From the human T2T-CHM13v2.0 reference genome, Homo sapiens: a stretch of DNA of 64,000 bases. The notes beneath the pieces are model-generated. The model saw only the letters and a program-made list of their open reading frames with translations. It was not told the DNA's origin and did no database searches. The position numbers and the translations under genes are program-made. Shown here piece by piece: positions 58,263 to 64,000 of the stretch. Location of the stretch: NCBI RefSeq assembly GCF_009914755.1, contig NC_060930.1; one strand, 5' to 3'. Position 1 is the stretch's first letter, and the number at the start of each line of letters is the position of its first letter.

Positions 58263-58510
58263 CTTCCTCCCTCCCTCTCTCCCTCCCTCTCTCCCTCCCT
58301 CTCTCCCTCCCTCTCTCCCTGCCTCTCTCCCTGCCTCTCTCCCTCTCTCCCTCCCTGTCTCCCTCTCTCCCTCCCTTTCTCCCTCCCTCCTTCTCTCCCT
58401 CTCTCCCTCCCTCTCTGTCTCCGCCTCTCCCTGTCTCCCTCCCTCCCTCCCTCCCTCTCCCTCCCTCCATCCCTCTCTCCCTCTCTCTTTCTCTCTCTCT
58501 CTCTCTCTGT
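58263..58510. repeat. Polypyrimidine (CCCT/CTCT) low-complexity repeat
   Basis: 12-nt unit CCCTCCCTCTCT repeated, then (CT)n. Confidence 0.95.
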
Positions 58511-58728
58511 TCCCCTCATCAAGTAGGTGTTTCCTGCCTCTGCTTCTCTATAAAACCTCTGTTCTTGTTCATTTCCCACAGTTTTAGGTTTTTAATGTTC
58601 CCTCTCAAAACATGAGCTCCTGGCGTGGAACCTGTTTTTTGCCTTCTCTTTTCATCTCTTCTGTCTTCTCTTCCCTTCCCTTCCCTTCTGTCCCCTCCCC
58701 TTCCCTTCCCTCCCCTCCCCTCCCCTCT

Positions 58729-59016
58729 CTTTTCGAGATGGATTCTCACTCTGTCACCCAGGCTGAAGTATGGTGGCGCAATCTCGGCTCACAGCAGCCT
58801 CCACCTCCTGGGTTCACGTGATTCCCCTGCCACAGCCTCCCAAGTAGCTGGGATTACAGGTGTGCACCACCAAGCCTGGCTAATTTTTGTATTTTTAGTA
58901 GAGATGGGGTTTCATCATATTGGCCAGGCTGGTCTCGAACTCCTGACCTCAAGCCATCTGCCCGTGTCTACCTCCCAAAGTGCTGGGATTACAGGCATGA
59001 GCCACTGTGCCTGGCC
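58729..59016 (-). mobile_element. Alu (AluS-type) with CT-rich expanded tail (58640-58730)
   Basis: Antisense Alu preceded by (CCCTT/CCCCT)n. Confidence 0.92.
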
Positions 59017-60194
59017 CTTTTTTTTGTTTGTTTCATTGTTCCTCAGGCAGCATTTTATTTCCAGGAGGAAACCGGCCCTGAAGCCCTTCCCTTTAGTATT
59101 TGTCTTGATGTACTTTTCTGCTTATTCTGTGTGGACCTTGGGTCACTTCCATAGAGGCCCTGGGGGATGTCCCCCACAAGGCTCTATCCCCTTGCCTGCC
59201 TCAGCTTGCAGCCTGCACAGTCAGTCATACTGTCCCGACAAACCAGGGCCATGAACCAGGTGCTTCTCCTCAGTGCCGGGGTGCATTCTAGCCTTGTTCT
59301 GTTAATTCCTCAAAAAACTGGAAATAGCCCCACCTGCCCTAGGCACACAGCTTAACTTTTGTGTCTTTTCAGAGATGACCTTCTATTTTACATCACTGAG
59401 ATGAAGGGTGTAAATTCCTCAGTTCCTCTGCACTCTGCCTCCAAATGTCTGTTTCTTTCACCATCATTTCCCCTGCCCTTCTTTTTTACCCCAGATGAAC
59501 TTCCAGGCCCCTGGCTCTTCTGGGACCTTGTTCCTTCAGTCACATTTTTTCCTTAAGTTTTCCGATTTTTTTCTTCTCTTTGTATACTCTACCTTAGCCT
59601 GTTCCAGTCTCATCCCCAAAGTACCTTTCTCTCAGCTTTGCTACCCATCAGGCTATTACATTTTTCCTTCATTTCCAGTATTTGTCAAATTAATCCAAAA
59701 TATATAAAACTAATATTAACTGCCTCTATTATTTTTATCACTTATGTATTCTTTTTGCACCTAAAAATCTGCTTCTCACTATACTGATTGTTTTCCTTCC
59801 TTTTCAAGATTAGCAGCCACTCAATGCACTGGCCTTTCCACAGTCCTCAACTTCTTGATCTCTTAGAGAAAATTTTTTGAGCATCCTGCTTCTAGAAGCT
59901 CTCCCTTCCTGTAGCTTCTGTGGTAGTGTTTTGTTTTGACTTCCTGCTGTCTTCTTCCTTTATTCTAAGTACTTCCACTTCCATCTTCTACCCTCCTCAC
60001 TGTAGGTGCAAACCACAGTTCACTTTTTATCTTGGTTCTTGGGAAGACGAGCCAGGAAGAGAGACAGAGATACCAGTCCTGGAAGTCAGAGAAGAGCCAG
60101 GCAGCGTATCAGTCAGGGACGTGTGAGTTCACAGATGCATCACTGCTGGCTTAGATTTGGAAATTCTGTCATTTCCGTCTTGCTTGCCTTTCAG

Positions 60195-60286
60195 GTTTGC
60201 CTCCTAAAGGAAAGAAAGCGTGGTGCTGGGCATCCTACCTGGAAGAGGAGAAAGCGGTGGCAGTGCCGGCGAAGCTGTTCAAGGAG
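60195..60286 (+). CDS. L3MBTL3: L3MBTL3 coding exon, aa 223-253 (start of MBT repeat 1)
   Basis: GLPPKGKKAWCWASYLEEEKAVAVPAKLFKE; WxxYL...P..LF MBT arm; TTTCAG acceptor, GAG|GTACGG donor. Confidence 0.96.
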
Positions 60287-60650
60287 GTACGGGCCCTTCT
60301 AGAGACGTGATCTGTAAGGGCGCAGGAGCTGGGATACCAGCCTGAATTACGATTGTTGTTTCCACTGAAATTTGACTTGGGATCATTTTCTCAGCATACA
60401 GTTTTCATGCGTGTGTTTATATGGAGGGCAGTGAACACTGACTTGTGCGTACCTCCCATGTGCCACACATGTGCCACGTGTGGGTGCACACTGACACACG
60501 TGTGCTCTTCTCTCTCAGCATCTTATGGGCTTGCTATCATGAATTTTAACAGAGATACCAATACTACCACGAAACACTAGCAGATGAAGAAAAAATGTTA
60601 GGAAATTTCATGTCAACATTGTGGCTTTGAGAGATTAAAAATGAGTTACT

Positions 60651-60958
<308 letters not shown>

Positions 60959-61131
60959 TGAGTTACTACGATTTACATATTATCACAGCAAAACATCTAA
61001 AAATGGGTCACTATATTATATTAGCTATAATAAAAGTGTTTTATCATAAGTGATTTAAAATCAGTTAACAATATAGATATCAGATGTAGTTCTGAGTAGC
61101 AGTTGATGTCCCTGGACTAAACCAAGAGTTG

Positions 61132-61393
61132 GGGTCCGGGTGTGGTGGCACATGCCTGCCTGCAGTCTCATCACTTTGGGAAGTTGAGGCAGTAGGATCA
61201 CTTGAGGCCAGGAGTTCGAGATCAGTCTGAGCAACATAGTGAGACTCGGCCTCTAAAAAAAAAAAAAAAATTAAAAATATAGCGGAGTGTGGTGTTCAAA
61301 GTTGCAGTGAGCTGCAATCCTGCCACTGCACTCCAGCCGGGACAACAGAGCAAGACCCTGTCTCTAAACAGACAAACAAAACACATACAAAAA
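61132..61393 (+). mobile_element. Alu (AluJ-like) with internal deletion
   Basis: Left arm, linker and shortened right arm. Confidence 0.85.
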
Positions 61394-61615
61394 CAAGGGT
61401 TGGTAAACTTTTTTGGTAAAGGGCCAGATAGTAAATATGTTAGGCATTTCAGAGCACGTGGTCTCTGTTGCAACGACTCAGTTAGGTCGTCGTAGCACAA
61501 AAGCAGCCATAGAGAATAGGTAGACAAGTGGGCATCGCTATGTTCCAGTAAGATTGTTTACAAAAACTCATGGTGCACTGGCTTTGACCCACAGACTGGA
61601 GTTTGCTGACCCTTG
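61394..61615. mobile_element. MER58A-like hAT MITE
   Basis: TIRs CAAGGGTTGGTAAAC / GTTTGCTGACCCTTG; GTAAAGGGCCAGATAGTAAATA; 222 bp. Confidence 0.85.
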
Positions 61616-61899
61616 GTTTAAATTATTTCATTATATTTAATCGTGGTATGTAATTAATTTGTCATAGATATATTTTTATGTAGGTGTGAACATAGCAAGC
61701 TTTTAAAAAGTGATGAATAGTAAATGTTAGTAAATGTTAGGACGATTACATCTGCATTAAGAATATTTAATTTAAATATAGTAGTAATTACATATAAACT
61801 TGTTCTCTGTAATTATTTTCTGTAGCTTTGGTCCTTTAGAGAAGAGACTTTTTCACATTAAAAAAAAAGTTTAAATGTAGCTAATTCCTTGAATCAGTA

Positions 61900-62710
61900 A
61901 TGAATGCATGTGATTCAAAATATAAAAGTACTACAATAGTATAAAGAATGTCTCTTATAGCCCTGCCCCCCCAGGCACCAGATTTGCCTCTCCTGAAGTA
62001 ACCAGTGTTACCAGTGCTTATATTCCCTTCCTGGAAAATTATATGTTCATATAAGCAATATATATATACACAGATCCTTCCCTTATGGTAACATATGTTG
62101 TGTACTTTTTGGACTTTGCTTTTTTTGTTTAACTTGACAGTTTGAAGATGCTTCTATCTGAGTCATGAATCTCTTCACCATTCTTTTATAGCAATACATA
62201 GTATTCCATCTTAGGCCTGTTCTGTAATAATTTACGTTCTTCCCTATTGATTTGCACATACATGCATGTATACTTTCAAATCTTTTGCTATATGCTTTAC
62301 TGAATAATCTTCTATACCAGTCATTTTTCACATGTGTGAGAATCTCTTGGACAATTTCCTAGAGTTAGAATTGTTGTATCAAAAAGAATTTTTTGATTGA
62401 TTTTATGAAATTGCTAGAGGTTGTACCAATTTTCATTCTTCCTAGTGATGTATGCGTGTGTCTGTTTTCCTACAGCTTTACCAGCACAGTGTTGTCAAAC
62501 TTTTTGATCTTTATCAGCCTGATAGGTGAAACATATCTTAGTGTAATTTTACTTTGTATGTCTCTTCTGCATGAGGTCGAGCATCTTTTCAAATATGTAA
62601 AAGACAAAGGGTGTATGGCATTACATTTCCTTTCCTGGGACCTATTTGTAGCCTTGGTCCATTTTTTCAGTGGGTTATTTATTGATTTCTTTTTCTTTGG
62701 ATTTTTAGAA
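61900..62710 (-). mobile_element. Old L1 (L1ME-like) 3' fragment
   Basis: Minus-strand ORF2-like peptide NNPLKKWTKATNR...KRCSTS...IQSKITLRY. Confidence 0.7.
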
Positions 62711-62817
62711 GTTATGTATTTGGTTAAATAGTCTTTATTTTTAAAATGGTAACTATTTACATCTTTAAATAGGGCTTTGGGATAAGGGACTAAAACTGCT
62801 CTCATTTTGCATTTTAG

Positions 62818-62922
62818 CATCAATCCTTTCCATATAACAAAAATGGATTCAAAGTTGGCATGAAATTAGAAGGCGTGGATCCCGAGCATCAGTCTGTGTA
62901 CTGTGTCCTCACCGTCGCGGAG
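62818..62922 (+). CDS. L3MBTL3: L3MBTL3 coding exon, aa 254-288 (MBT repeat 1 core); gene continues past the window
   Basis: HQSFPYNKNGFKVGMKLEGVDPEHQSVYCVLTVAE carries the canonical MBT GMKLExxD signature; TTTTAG acceptor, GAG|GTAAGC donor. Confidence 0.97.
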
Positions 62923-62989
62923 GTAAGCTTTGCCTCGTCCTTTATTTTTAAAATAAAATGGTGATTATGGGGATTTAAAATGAGGAAAA

Positions 62990-63220
62990 ACTGCCATTGG
63001 TTGTATTTCATGCCAGGCATGGTGCTTACTGTTTTGTGTGCATTATTTCATTTAATCTTTGTAAGAATCCTGTGCATGTTGTGGTTTTTCTCAAGCTCTG
63101 TTGTGTAGGTTAGGGAACTGAGGCTCAGAGTGATGAAGTGATGGATACAAGACCACACAGCTTCAAAGTGGTAGAACCCGGATTTGAACCAGTGTCTGTC
63201 TGATGCCATAGCCCTTGCCA
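62990..63220 (-). mobile_element. MIR
   Basis: CATTATTTCATTTAATC...GGAACTGAGGCTCAGAG core. Confidence 0.75.
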
Positions 63221-63589
63221 TAAGGAATAGACCAACAGATACTTGTGTGTGTTGTTTTTTTTTTAGTATTTCAAGGTATCTCTGTGAAATTTTTCAGGAA
63301 AAAAATGACCAAGCCAAATATATGAATATATATCTCAGTCTAATATATTACTGAGAGTACTTTAAAAACTGTGACCACACAGCTTCAAAGTGGTCGAACC
63401 AGGATTTGAACCCATGTCTGTCTGATTCTATAGGCTTTGCCATACTGTGTTCCTTAACATAAGGAACAGACCAACAGATACTTATTTTTTTTTTTTTAGT
63501 ATTTTAAGGTATCTGTATAAAATTTTTCAGGAAAAAATGACCAAGTCAATTATACATACATATATTACTGAGAGTACTTTAAAAAATGT
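63151..63589. repeat. Diverged ~220-bp tandem duplication
   Basis: Copies start at 63151 and 63373 with GACCACACAGCTTCAAAGTGGT and end ATATATTACTGAGAGTACTTTAAAAA. Confidence 0.93.
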
Positions 63590-63838
63590 GTTTCCTCCTA
63601 TGCTAGCCTTCTCCTTGCTCCCTCCCTTGAGCCAGAGGTATATCTATTTTAAAAATTCCTCCCAAAAGAATAAAATAGTCTTGTGTACTAGTTTGAGGTA
63701 TTATACTATTCTTTAATTACCTTGTGAACTTGTAAGAAAGTTGGCTTCTGCAGAACACAGTACCATGTGCTGGATAATGACAGCCTCAGTCAATGATAAC
63801 ATACGGTTACATAGGGCATACTATGTGCCAGCGGCTAA

Positions 63839-64000
<162 letters not shown>

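Noticed and set aside
58231-59254. ORFs of 76-209 aa
   Set aside because: Translations of CT-rich repeats and an antisense Alu.

Overview
Human genomic DNA (an AluYb-lineage element is present) containing the 5' part of L3MBTL3, an MBT-repeat methyl-lysine reader and RBPJ co-repressor, on the + strand. About 21 kb of repeat-rich upstream sequence is followed by a CpG island promoter (~21.2-24.1 kb), two 5'UTR exons (~21372-21455, 25019-25097) and eight coding exons (45488-62922). These splice in frame into residues 1-288: N-terminus, RBPJ-binding TWMVP segment, FCS-type zinc finger, acidic/basic region and the start of the first MBT repeat. The gene continues beyond the window. The rest is Alu, L1, L2, MIR, MaLR LTR, hAT-Charlie elements, a MamSINE1-like tRNA-derived SINE and simple repeats. 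Main observations: (1) the 75-nt cassette exon 52557-52631 is carved from the reverse-transcriptase YADD region of an ancient L2, read in a different frame, and supplies a PPxY motif and S/T-P sites next to the RBPJ-binding motif; (2) an intronic ATTAAA plus an in-frame readthrough stop could give a short isoform lacking MBT/SAM domains; (3) a young AluYb8-like insertion and inverted Alu pairs flank coding exons. Most long ORFs in the supplied track are CpG-island or repeat artefacts. Repeat family names come from recalled consensus sequences and repeat boundaries are approximate.
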